A stretch of DNA of 64,000 bases from an uncultured Gemmatimonadales bacterium (lineage in GTDB: Bacteria > Gemmatimonadota > Gemmatimonadetes > Gemmatimonadales > Gemmatimonadaceae): contig CAWBZV010000003.1 in assembly GCA_963793305.1 (NCBI GenBank), forward strand, positions 128,001 through 192,000, read 5' to 3'. The position numbers and the translations under genes are program-made. The notes under the pieces are model-generated. The model did not search any database, had not been told where the DNA came from, and saw nothing but the letters and a program-made list of their open reading frames with translations. Position 1 is the stretch's first letter. Each line of letters opens with the position of its first letter. Shown piece after piece: positions 30,635-38,435 of this stretch.

Positions 30635-31553
30635 ATGGATCCGCTATCAGAACGTCGTCTCTCTTCTCAAACCACGCAGCTACCTGTCCGCGGGCTTCGA
30701 CGCCGGCGGAAAGTGGTCGGTCCAGTTCGCCAGGCACGACGGGTTCATCAAGTGCTATGCGGTGGTGAGGGGATGGTGCTGGCTCGCGGTTGACGGCGTT
30801 CCCGATCCGGTGCGCCTCGACGCCGGCGACTGCTTCCTCCTCGCGAGCGGGCGGCCGTTTCGCCTGGCGGCAGACCTGACGGCAACACCCGTTGACGCCG
30901 AGGCGATTTTTTCAGCCGCCCGATACGGTGGCGTCGCCGTGTGCAATGGTGGAGGCGAATTCTTTCTCGTCGGGAGCCGCTTCGCCGTGAGCGGCCATCA
31001 CGCGGGCATGCTCCTCGGCGTGCTGCCGCCGATCGTGCACATCAGGAACGAATGGGACCAAGCCGCGCTGCGCTGGTCGGTCGAGCGCATGATGCACGAG
31101 CTGCGGGATCCTCGCCCGGGCGGGTTTCTGGTCGCCGAGCATCTCGCGCACATGATGCTGTTGCTCGCGTTGCGGCTGCAGGTCACCGAAGGGCGCGTGG
31201 GCTGGCTCTTCGCGCTCGCCGACAAGCAAATCGGTGCGGCGATCGGCGCCATTCACGACGACCCAGGGCACCCTTGGACTCTGGCCGAGTTGGCGAAACG
31301 CGCCTTCATGTCGCGATCGACGTTTGCGCTGAAGTTCAAGGCGATGGTCGGGACGTCGCCGATGGAGTACCTCACGCAATGGCGCATGCTTCGCGCTGGC
31401 GACCGTCTGACAACCTCCCGCGATTCGATCTCGCTGGTCGCCGCATCACTCGGTTACGAATCCGAGAGCGCCTTCAGCACGGCGTTTAAGCGCGTCATGG
31501 GCTGCTCCCCCCGGCGCTACGCAAATCGCCCGAATCCCGTCGCTGTCGCTTGA
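30635..31553 (+). CDS. AraC family regulator (cupin_6 plus HTH), divergent from the SDR
   Basis: C-terminal WTLAELA...MSRSTFA...PMEYLTQWRM...GYESESAFSTAFKR. Removing one A at GAACGTC (30650) gives the canonical start MDPLSDVVSLL from ATG 30635. Confidence 0.9.
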
Positions 31554-31562
31554 CTTCGGTGT

Positions 31563-32399
31563 TTGTTCGGGCTATCGTTACGGCCGCCCGAGAGTCGGGG
31601 CGTGGTGTCATTACACGAAGAGGGGGCCGACGTGCGCGGCTGGCGGGCGGAGGCAGTGCGGCCGCGAGGCGTGGCGGAAAACGCGGCCGCGTTGGCCGAC
31701 CGCGGTCTTATCGTCGCGATGCGATGCCACGACCGCGGAGCGTTGGCCGAGTTCTACCGGCGGTTCCGCCCGGTGCTCGTTGTCGCCGCGCGGCGATTGA
31801 CCGCGGATGCGGTCGACGGCGAGGCAATCGTGGAGGATGTGTTGACGGATGCGGCGGTGCACTTCGTCTCGACGACGACACCGGTTCCTGGCTCGGTGGC
31901 CGGGTACCTGGTTCGCATGCTGCGCAACCGCGTACTCAACGCGTTGCGCGCGCGCAATCGTCACGACACCCGCATCGCCGACTCGTCCTGCATGTCGGAG
32001 CACGCCGAGCGAACGAGCGCCGGCGCTGATCACGAGGTCGAGCGGCAGACGACGCCGGCGCCGGCCGTCGCGCGCCTGGCCGCGGCGCTCGATGCGGCGA
32101 TGAGCGAGGACGACCGCATGTTGGCCACGTGGCTCGCGAATGGCATCGCGCAGCAGCAGATCGCCGATTGGGTCGGCGTGAGCTATCCGGCGCTGTGCAA
32201 GCGCGTCAGTCGTCTCCGCGCACGGCTGCGTACCGTCGCCGAGCGTCACGTGAGCGCGTCGAGCACTGACGATCGTCGCGCGCTGGCGCCGTTCCTGAAG
32301 CTCGAAGAGCTCGGCGCAGCCGAGCTCAGGCCAACCGACCAGTCGAGCAGCGCGGAACGCGGTGCATCGACGCGCGGCGGAGCCGCGCCTCTGGTATGA
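31563..32399 (+). CDS. ECF-type sigma-70 factor with C-terminal extension
   Basis: Region 2 (DRGALAEFYRRFRPVL..AARRL...EAIVEDVL...GYLVRMLRNRVLNALR) and region 4 HTH (MSEDDRML...QQQIADWVGVSYPALCKRVSRLRARL). True start uncertain. Confidence 0.8.
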   Translation: MFGLSLRPPESRGVVSLHEEGADVRGWRAEAVRPRGVAENAAALADRGLIVAMRCHDRGALAEFYRRFRPVLVVAARRLTADAVDGEAIVEDVLTDAAVHFVSTTTPVPGSVAGYLVRMLRNRVLNALRARNRHDTRIADSSCMSEHAERTSAGADHEVERQTTPAPAVARLAAALDAAMSEDDRMLATWLANGIAQQQIADWVGVSYPALCKRVSRLRARLRTVAERHVSASSTDDRRALAPFLKLEELGAAELRPTDQSSSAERGASTRGGAAPLV

Positions 32400-33124
32400 G
32401 CGACTCTATGAGCGACTCTCAGGGCGAGCTGTTCGAGCGGAGCTCACACGAGCCCGAGCACGACCCGTCGGACGCGCTGATCGACCTCGTCGGCAAGCGC
32501 GTTGTTCCGGCATTGGGCTCGCGGCGATTCTGGGATTGGTACACGCGCGCGTGTCGCGCCGGACAAACCGCCGACGAACGGCGTGAGACCGAGTCCGGCG
32601 TCACGGCATTTCTCGATCGCGTGGGCGCGCGACTCGCGACGCTCGACGCACCACTCGTTCGCGTTGCGGGCGCGGCGCCGCGACATGCGGCACTCATAGT
32701 AGGTCCCGTCTCGCAAGTGTTGACGCCGGCGCTCGCCTCCGGCGCCGCGCCACTCGTCGAGGCCGGCGTGGCCGCGGGCGCCGGCCGCGAATTGTGGGAC
32801 GAAGTGACGGACGCGTGGGTGGCGGTGCCGAACGACTTGCCGGCGCGACGCTACGTCGCGATGCGCGTGAGCGGCGATAGCATGACGCCGCTGCTCCACT
32901 CCGACGATGTCGTGCTCATCGACCTTGACAACAACGATACAACCGCGGGTTCGATCATCGTCGCGCGCAACAACGACGATGGCTACGTGGTGAAACAGGT
33001 CACCGCCACCGATGGTTTCGACATCGTTCTCGGTTCACTCAACCCCGCGTATGCACCGATGCGCATCACATCTTCGAGTGGAGTAGTACTCGGTCGCGTC
33101 GTGCTGCGATGGTGCGAGCACTGA
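32396..33124 (+). CDS. S24 (LexA/UmuD/CI-type) autopeptidase with a non-HTH N-terminal domain
   Basis: Cleavage-site-like GVAAGAG, catalytic Ser in MRVSGDSMTP, catalytic Lys in YVVKQV, LGSLNPAY and VLGRVV tail. ATGA overlap with the sigma stop. Confidence 0.85.
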   Translation: MSDSMSDSQGELFERSSHEPEHDPSDALIDLVGKRVVPALGSRRFWDWYTRACRAGQTADERRETESGVTAFLDRVGARLATLDAPLVRVAGAAPRHAALIVGPVSQVLTPALASGAAPLVEAGVAAGAGRELWDEVTDAWVAVPNDLPARRYVAMRVSGDSMTPLLHSDDVVLIDLDNNDTTAGSIIVARNNDDGYVVKQVTATDGFDIVLGSLNPAYAPMRITSSSGVVLGRVVLRWCEH

Positions 33125-33215
33125 GATATTTCTCTTTGGCACCTGCAAACCCTGACACCACGTGCGGCATCTCATCGTACGAACAGCAGGAACCCCAAGA
33201 CAACAGGGAGATGAG

Positions 33216-33600
33216 ATGCGGAAGTGGTATTCGGGCGCTGCCCTCGCGGTGGCGCTCATGGGAGCGGTCGCGTTTACGAACGCCTCGCGCACGAACGAAA
33301 CGGCGCCGATCGAAGGCCGCGTGATGGACTTGGAAGGTCTCATCATTCAGCGCGCCCACGTGCGCGTCACCGATGAGACGACGGGCGCGTCGACCGAGAC
33401 GCTGAGTCAGATGAATGGCCGATTCGTGATCGCGAATCTCGAGCCGTCGCACACGTACGCGGTCGATGTCCGCGCAATTGGCTTCGTGCCGTACCACGCG
33501 TCGGGAATTCACCCGACATCAGCGGGTGCTGCGCTGGCCGACGTTCTCGATGGAGCCGATCCCGCCGCTGTCGTCGACGCTCCGCGTAGCCGCTCGTTAG
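33216..33600 (+). CDS. Small secreted protein with carboxypeptidase-regulatory-like (prealbumin-fold) domain (frameshift at 33542)
   Basis: RBS AGGGAG; signal peptide MRKWYSGAALAVALMGAVA; IEGRVMD..G....AHVRV...TG......NGRFVIANLEP..TYAVDVRAIGF. Correcting GACGTTC gives ...LADVSMEPIPPLSSTLRVAAR* ending at 33600. Confidence 0.75.
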
Positions 33601-34613
33601 ACGAGCGGCATCACTTGCTCGGAGAACCGCTCCATCTCTTCGCGCTGCGGGCTGGATTGGAGCAACAGGAGATCAACGCCGGCGGCCGCGAATGCGCGGA
33701 TCCGCTCGGCCACGATCTCCGGCGTGCCGACGAGCTCGGCCCGCAGGCCGCGGTTGGAGACCGAGTAGTCCTCGAGACTGACGGCTTGCTCGAGCTTCGT
33801 GTTGGCGAGCCAGTCCTGGTAGTTGCCGTAACCAGGAGTGCCGGGCGAGACGTTGGTGATACGTGACTTCTCTCGCTCGGCCTCTTCCAGCGTGTCGCGC
33901 ACGATCGCGTAGGCCGCCATACCGTAGGTCATTGGCACCTTGCCGGTGGCGGCACGACGCTGGCGCATGTCGGCGATCTTTGGCGCGATGCGCTCCGGTG
34001 GGTCGCCGTGCATCACGTAGGCGTCGCACCGTGACGAGATGAGCGTCTTCGCCGCCTCGGATTCGCCGCCGGCGTAAATCACGGGAGCGCGGACCGGCTT
34101 TGGCGCCAAGACGGTCTCGTCGACAGAGTAATACTTGCCCTTGTGCGTGAACGTCTCGTTGCACCACGCGCCCTGAATGACCGCGAGCCACTCGTCGGTG
34201 CGCGCGTAGCGATCGTCGTGCTGCTCGAAGTGCACGCCGTAGCGCCGCGCTTCGTCGGCCCACCAGCTGGAGACGACGTTGAGCGACAGGCGCCCGTTCG
34301 AAATGCGATCGATATTCGCGGCCTGCTTGGCGAGAATCGCCGGATTGTGGAACGTCGGCCGCACCGCGACCATGAGCTCGAGCTTCTCGGTGACGGCCGC
34401 GAGCGCGGCAGCCGTGGACCACGCATCGAGCGCCGGCGCGTAGATGCCCTTGATGTCGTTCAGAAACAACTCGGCGATCAGCGTCAGATCGTAGCCGATC
34501 TGCTCGCTGCGCCGCGCCAAGTCGCGCGAGTACTCCCACGTGGCGGCCATCTGTTCGTCGGGGACATTGCGAAGCCAGCCCCCGAACACGGGCATCCAAT
34601 AGCCGTAGCGCAT
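33597..34613 (-). CDS. LLM-class (luciferase-like) flavin monooxygenase, SfnG/SsuD-like
   Basis: MRYGYWMPVFGGW, GYDLTLIAE, LDAWSTAAALAAVT, VAVRP, IDRISNGRLSLNVVS, IYAGGES, LVGTPE. Confidence 0.9.
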   Translation of the reverse strand: MRYGYWMPVFGGWLRNVPDEQMAATWEYSRDLARRSEQIGYDLTLIAELFLNDIKGIYAPALDAWSTAAALAAVTEKLELMVAVRPTFHNPAILAKQAANIDRISNGRLSLNVVSSWWADEARRYGVHFEQHDDRYARTDEWLAVIQGAWCNETFTHKGKYYSVDETVLAPKPVRAPVIYAGGESEAAKTLISSRCDAYVMHGDPPERIAPKIADMRQRRAATGKVPMTYGMAAYAIVRDTLEEAEREKSRITNVSPGTPGYGNYQDWLANTKLEQAVSLEDYSVSNRGLRAELVGTPEIVAERIRAFAAAGVDLLLLQSSPQREEMERFSEQVMPLV

Positions 34614-35560
34614 CAGTCGAGGCGAGTGAGGAGATAGTCGACGAGCCGCTCGTGCGGATCAAACCCGACCACGTTCCGCGCATTGGCCACGAAATTGGAC
34701 AGCGCGTTCACATCGTAGAAGTAGTACTCGCCATCGCGATCGTCGACGAGGACTTCGATGCCACCGACGTCCAAGTCGACATGCCGCGCGATATTCTCGA
34801 CGGCCCGGATGATCTCGGCCGGCGGATTGGCCTTCTCGACGCGCATGCCGTTCTTCGGCGCATCGAGCGCACACGCCGATCGGGTCAGCGCCTTCCCGTC
34901 CGTGGTCTGACACACATCGGCCGGGCACAGGTTGTACGAGTCCTCGGCCGGGAACACGTTGATCGCGTACAAGAATTCCCCGCCCAGCGTTTCGAGGCGG
35001 GTGATATGACCATTACGGAGCGGGGCGAGCTCCTGGACGAGCGCGACGCCGTCCACGCCAAAGTCGAGCGACCCCTGCTCGGCCGCCGTGATCAGGCCGG
35101 CCTCATCGTCGAACCGCGTGATCCCGGCACCGCTCCCACCCACGTTCGCCTTGACCAGAATCGGGTACCGGAGCCCCTGCGCCGCCTCGACCGCGGTGGC
35201 GCCAGAGTTTGCGACACCGGTACGGGGATAGGGCAGCCCGAGGGCCGCCAAAGCGTCGAGCTGTATGGCCTTGGACGTGTCCATGGCATACGCCGATGCC
35301 CCGTTGACGACGGGGACGCCGACGCGGGCCAAGTGCCGCAGCCACTGGAGCGTATAGAACGTCGACTGGCTGTGCCCCCGAAGGTAGGCCGAGGGCGAGG
35401 CGCGGTTGAACACGAGGCTATAGGGAACCTCGGTCTCGGACGGATTGTAACGATGCGCGGCGGCATCGAGGCGGACATATGGAACGCGACGCCGGTCGAG
35501 CTCCGTGAACAGCGGGCGAAACCAGTCGGGGTGCTCGTGGTAGATCGCGATGGGTTTCAT
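34613..35560 (-). CDS. RimK/glutathione-synthetase-like ATP-grasp protein
   Basis: ATG 35560 (MKPIAIYHEHPDWF); FNRASPSAY, SKAIQL, YPILVKANVGGSGAGI, LVQE, GGIE, YDVNALSNF. Stop overlaps the LLM start. Confidence 0.85.
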   Translation of the reverse strand: MKPIAIYHEHPDWFRPLFTELDRRRVPYVRLDAAAHRYNPSETEVPYSLVFNRASPSAYLRGHSQSTFYTLQWLRHLARVGVPVVNGASAYAMDTSKAIQLDALAALGLPYPRTGVANSGATAVEAAQGLRYPILVKANVGGSGAGITRFDDEAGLITAAEQGSLDFGVDGVALVQELAPLRNGHITRLETLGGEFLYAINVFPAEDSYNLCPADVCQTTDGKALTRSACALDAPKNGMRVEKANPPAEIIRAVENIARHVDLDVGGIEVLVDDRDGEYYFYDVNALSNFVANARNVVGFDPHERLVDYLLTRLD

Positions 35561-35593
35561 ATTGTATAATCTACATGTGCGAACAACTTGGCG

Positions 35594-36679
35594 ATGACGA
35601 CTCCTCCGACTCCCCCTCCCAGCGGCGCCCCGGAGGCGAAGGGCGGTATCCGCACGTTGGTTACGCGTGGCGTGATCATCGTGTTGGTCATTATAGGACT
35701 CATTTGGGGCGTCAAGAAATTCCTCTACGCCCAGACGCACGAGACCACCGACGACGCACAACTCGCGGGGCACGTCGTCCCGGTCATCCCCAAGGTTGCG
35801 GGCTACGTCCAGCGCGTGCTCGTGGCCGACAATCAGCCGATCAACGTCGGCGATACCCTGGTCGTGCTCGACCCGCGCGACTATACGGTGGCCTTGGACC
35901 AGGCGCAGGCGAACCTCCGGGGCGGCAACGCATCGGGCCGGGCCGGCACCGCCGCCCAGGCGATCAAGGCCGCCCAAGCCCAGCACGCGGCGCTGACCGC
36001 TGATATCGCCGTCGCGCAAGCGAACTTCGATCGCGCCGAGCGTGACGTCGCGAGGTATCGCGATCTCGCGGCGAAGAAGATCGTCTCGGACCAGCAGCTC
36101 GACCAAGCGATCGCGGCGGACAAGGCCGCGGCCGCCCAACTCGCCGCGGCCGAAGCCCAGGCCGCGAGCGGTGGTGCCAACGTCGCGGGCGCGGGGTTCG
36201 AGGAAGCGAACGCCGACTTCCGCGTGTCGAGTCTCCAGGCCGCGGTCGCGAACGCGCGGCTGCAGCTCGCCTACACCATCCTGACGGCGCCGGTCAAAGG
36301 GTACATCTCGAAGAAGTCGGTCGAGATCGGCCAGTACGTGCAGGCGGGCCAGCAGGTCATGGCCATCGTCGAGAGCGACACCGCCTGGGTGATCGCGAAC
36401 GTGAAAGAGACGCAGCTGCGCGACATCAAGGTCGGTCAGCGCGCCGAGGTGTCCGTCGACGCGTTCCGCGGGAAGCCGCTCACCGGCACCGTCCAGTCTA
36501 TCCAGGACGCGACCGGCGCCACTTTCGCGCTGCTTCCGCCCGACAACGCGACCGGCAACTTCACGAAGATCGTGCAGCGCGTGCCGGTCAAGATCGCGCT
36601 CGACTCGACGCACTGGAACGGCCGCCCGCTGTCGCCCGGGCTTTCGGTCGAAGTCTCGATCGATACCAAGTCACACTGA
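35594..36679 (+). CDS. EmrA/HlyD family membrane fusion protein
   Basis: ETTDDA, PKVAGYV..V.V.DNQ....GD.L..LD, APVKG, ANVKETQL, FALLPPDNATGNFTKIVQRVPV. Confidence 0.92.
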   Translation: MTTPPTPPPSGAPEAKGGIRTLVTRGVIIVLVIIGLIWGVKKFLYAQTHETTDDAQLAGHVVPVIPKVAGYVQRVLVADNQPINVGDTLVVLDPRDYTVALDQAQANLRGGNASGRAGTAAQAIKAAQAQHAALTADIAVAQANFDRAERDVARYRDLAAKKIVSDQQLDQAIAADKAAAAQLAAAEAQAASGGANVAGAGFEEANADFRVSSLQAAVANARLQLAYTILTAPVKGYISKKSVEIGQYVQAGQQVMAIVESDTAWVIANVKETQLRDIKVGQRAEVSVDAFRGKPLTGTVQSIQDATGATFALLPPDNATGNFTKIVQRVPVKIALDSTHWNGRPLSPGLSVEVSIDTKSH

Positions 36680-36686
36680 ACGGCCT

Positions 36687-37793
36687 GTGGCCAGTGTCAC
36701 GTTGGAAGGCGTGCGAAAAGTCTATGACAGCGCGCCCACGAACATCGTGGTGCGCGACGTCAGCTTGCGCGTCGACGATGGAGAGTTCGTCGTGCTCGTC
36801 GGGCCGTCAGGCTGTGGGAAAACGACCACGCTCAGAATGATCGCGGGGCTGGAGTCGGTGACCGGGGGGCGGTTGCTCATCGACGATCGGGTCGTGAACG
36901 ACGTGGCGCCGAAGGACCGCGATATCGCGATGGTGTTTCAGAACTACGCGCTCTACCCGCACATGACCGTGCGCGAGAACATGGCCTTCGCGCTCGTGCT
37001 CCGGAAGCTCGCTCCATCCGACATCGCCGCGCGCGTCGCGCAAGCCGCCGAGGTCCTCGGGCTCACCGACGTGCTGGATCGCACGCCGAAAGAGCTCTCC
37101 GGCGGCCAGCGCCAACGGGTCGCTATCGGGCGCGCGATCGTGCGACAGCCGCGCGTATTTCTCTTCGACGAGCCGCTATCGAACCTCGACGCGAAACTCC
37201 GCCTCGAGATGCGCCGCGAGATCGCGCGCCTGCATCGCGAGCTCGGCGCGACCATGATCTACGTCACGCACGATCAGGTCGAGGCCATGACCCTCGGCGA
37301 TCGCATCGCCGTCATGAACCGCGGCGCGGTGCAACAAGTCGACGCACCGCGCGCACTCTACGACCGCCCCGCGAACCGCTTCGTCGCGACGTTTATCGGC
37401 AGCCCCGCCATGAACATGATCGACGGAACGATCGCGAGCGTTGACGGGCGCTTCGCGTTCCGCACGGCGACCGGCGCGCTGGCGTTCGAGGGCGTACCCG
37501 CGCTGAGCACCTACGTGGGCCGCACCCTGACACTCGGCGTGCGCCCGGAGCATCTCGTGCCGCTGGCCAACGGTCGCGCGCCAACGCGTGCCGCAATCAT
37601 ACGAACGCGTGTCGAGCTCATCGAACCGCTCGGCAGCGAAGTCCTCCTCCACGTACGCTCGGCCGACGGCGAGCTCACGGCCCGCGTCGCGCCCGACGTT
37701 ACACCGCCGGTCGGCACCGAGATCGATCTCGCGCTCGATCTCGCCCACGTACACTATTTCGACCCGGCGACAGAGCAGCGCATTCCGACATGA
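36687..37793 (+). CDS. Carbohydrate ABC transporter ATPase (UgpC/MalK/MsmX family)
   Basis: GPSGCGKTT, VFQNYALYPHM, LSGGQRQRVA, FLFDEPLSNLDAKLR, YVTHDQVEAM, TOBE tail. Confidence 0.95.
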   Translation: MASVTLEGVRKVYDSAPTNIVVRDVSLRVDDGEFVVLVGPSGCGKTTTLRMIAGLESVTGGRLLIDDRVVNDVAPKDRDIAMVFQNYALYPHMTVRENMAFALVLRKLAPSDIAARVAQAAEVLGLTDVLDRTPKELSGGQRQRVAIGRAIVRQPRVFLFDEPLSNLDAKLRLEMRREIARLHRELGATMIYVTHDQVEAMTLGDRIAVMNRGAVQQVDAPRALYDRPANRFVATFIGSPAMNMIDGTIASVDGRFAFRTATGALAFEGVPALSTYVGRTLTLGVRPEHLVPLANGRAPTRAAIIRTRVELIEPLGSEVLLHVRSADGELTARVAPDVTPPVGTEIDLALDLAHVHYFDPATEQRIPT

Positions 37794-38053
37794 TCACGAT
37801 TGTCGGCGTCATTGGCGGCCTTCTGTTCCTATTCTGCCTCACATTCGGCGTTCGTAAACGCCAACCGCTGGCCATTATCGCCGCTTTCCTCCTGCTGGCG
37901 ACATTCTACTGTTGGTGGGAATTCCTGACGGCGGCGATGCTCACCGGCAGCCGACTCGCCGCGGAAATCTGGTTCGCGGCCGGCACGCTGAGCCTCGTGC
38001 TGGCCGGCGTCCTGGCGTTCATCGCATGGCGACGTTCATCCGGTTCGCGGTAG
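37790..38053 (+). CDS. Small 3-TM membrane protein
   Basis: ATGA overlap with the ATPase stop; three hydrophobic segments. Confidence 0.6.
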   Translation: MITIVGVIGGLLFLFCLTFGVRKRQPLAIIAAFLLLATFYCWWEFLTAAMLTGSRLAAEIWFAAGTLSLVLAGVLAFIAWRRSSGSR

Positions 38054-38145
38054 CTAACCGCGACACGTTCTCCGACCAGCAACAGGGCGTGTTCACCGCT
38101 CTGTACGCGCTCAAACGCGCCGGCGCGCTCCTGACGCACGCGCGC
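38026..38145 (+). pseudogene. Truncated hypothetical gene (MATFIRFAVANRDTFSDQQQGVFTALYALKRAG...)
   Basis: Protein-like for about 40 codons, then runs into a displaced copy of the ABC ATPase 3' end. Confidence 0.4.
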
Positions 38146-38160
38146 CACGGAGGTGGGGCG

Positions 38161-38225
38161 CCGAGATCGACCTCGCCGTCGATATCGCGAAGGTTCGCTT
38201 CTTCGACCCGTCGGATCAGCGCCTC
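38161..38225 (+). pseudogene. Diverged duplicate of the UgpC-like gene 3' end
   Basis: 38161-38210 matches 37717-37766 at 39/50 nt by manual alignment. Encodes EIDLAVDIAKVRFFDPSDQR versus EIDLALDLAHVHYFDPATEQR. Confidence 0.8.
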
Positions 38226-38246
38226 GGCCAACCGCGGCTGACTGAC

Positions 38247-38315
38247 GCATTGGGCATTTGCACGATTTGCGCGGCCACCGCGCAAATTTGCACGCCATTC
38301 GCGCAAATGGCGCAT
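38247..38315. promoter_or_regulatory. Clustered TTTGCRC/GCGCAAA palindromes, candidate enhancer (UAS)
   Basis: ATTTGCAC, ATTTGCGCGG-CCA-CCGCGCAAAT and CGCCATT-CGCGCA-AATGGCG, located 70-130 bp upstream of a -24/-12 element. Confidence 0.5.
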
Positions 38316-38380
38316 ACGTACCATGCGGGATCAGCAGCACAATGATCTACGCTGCAACGTGTTGCGCGAAACTGGCGGCA

Positions 38381-38396
38381 TGGCACCCGGGATGCA
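38381..38396 (+). promoter_or_regulatory. Sigma54 (-24/-12) promoter of the Rhs gene
   Basis: TGGCACCCGGGATGCA has GG-N10-GC spacing and a TGGCAC -24 box. It lies 40 bp before ATG 38436, which has the RBS GGAGG. Confidence 0.65.
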
Positions 38397-38435
38397 AATC
38401 CCTTACGGCCGACTCTTGCACTCGGAGGCCGGCTC

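Noticed and set aside
32396..32419. ATGAGCGACTCT tandem 12-mer
   Set aside because: Real, but only a two-copy in-frame micro-duplication giving alternative starts; no further evidence of function.
32396..33124. Ordinary lexA, umuD or prophage repressor
   Set aside because: No HTH, no umuC, no phage genes, and the N-terminus is much longer than the UmuD arm.
33138..33153. TGGCAC as a sigma54 promoter
   Set aside because: No GC at the -12 position (GG-N10 is followed by CC).
33162..33866. 234-aa ORF overlapping the LLM gene by 270 bp
   Set aside because: The overlap disappears once the extra base at 33542 is removed (stop at 33600).
34613..36613. 666-aa ATP-grasp ORF
   Set aside because: The N-terminal half is antisense to emrA; the real start is 35560.
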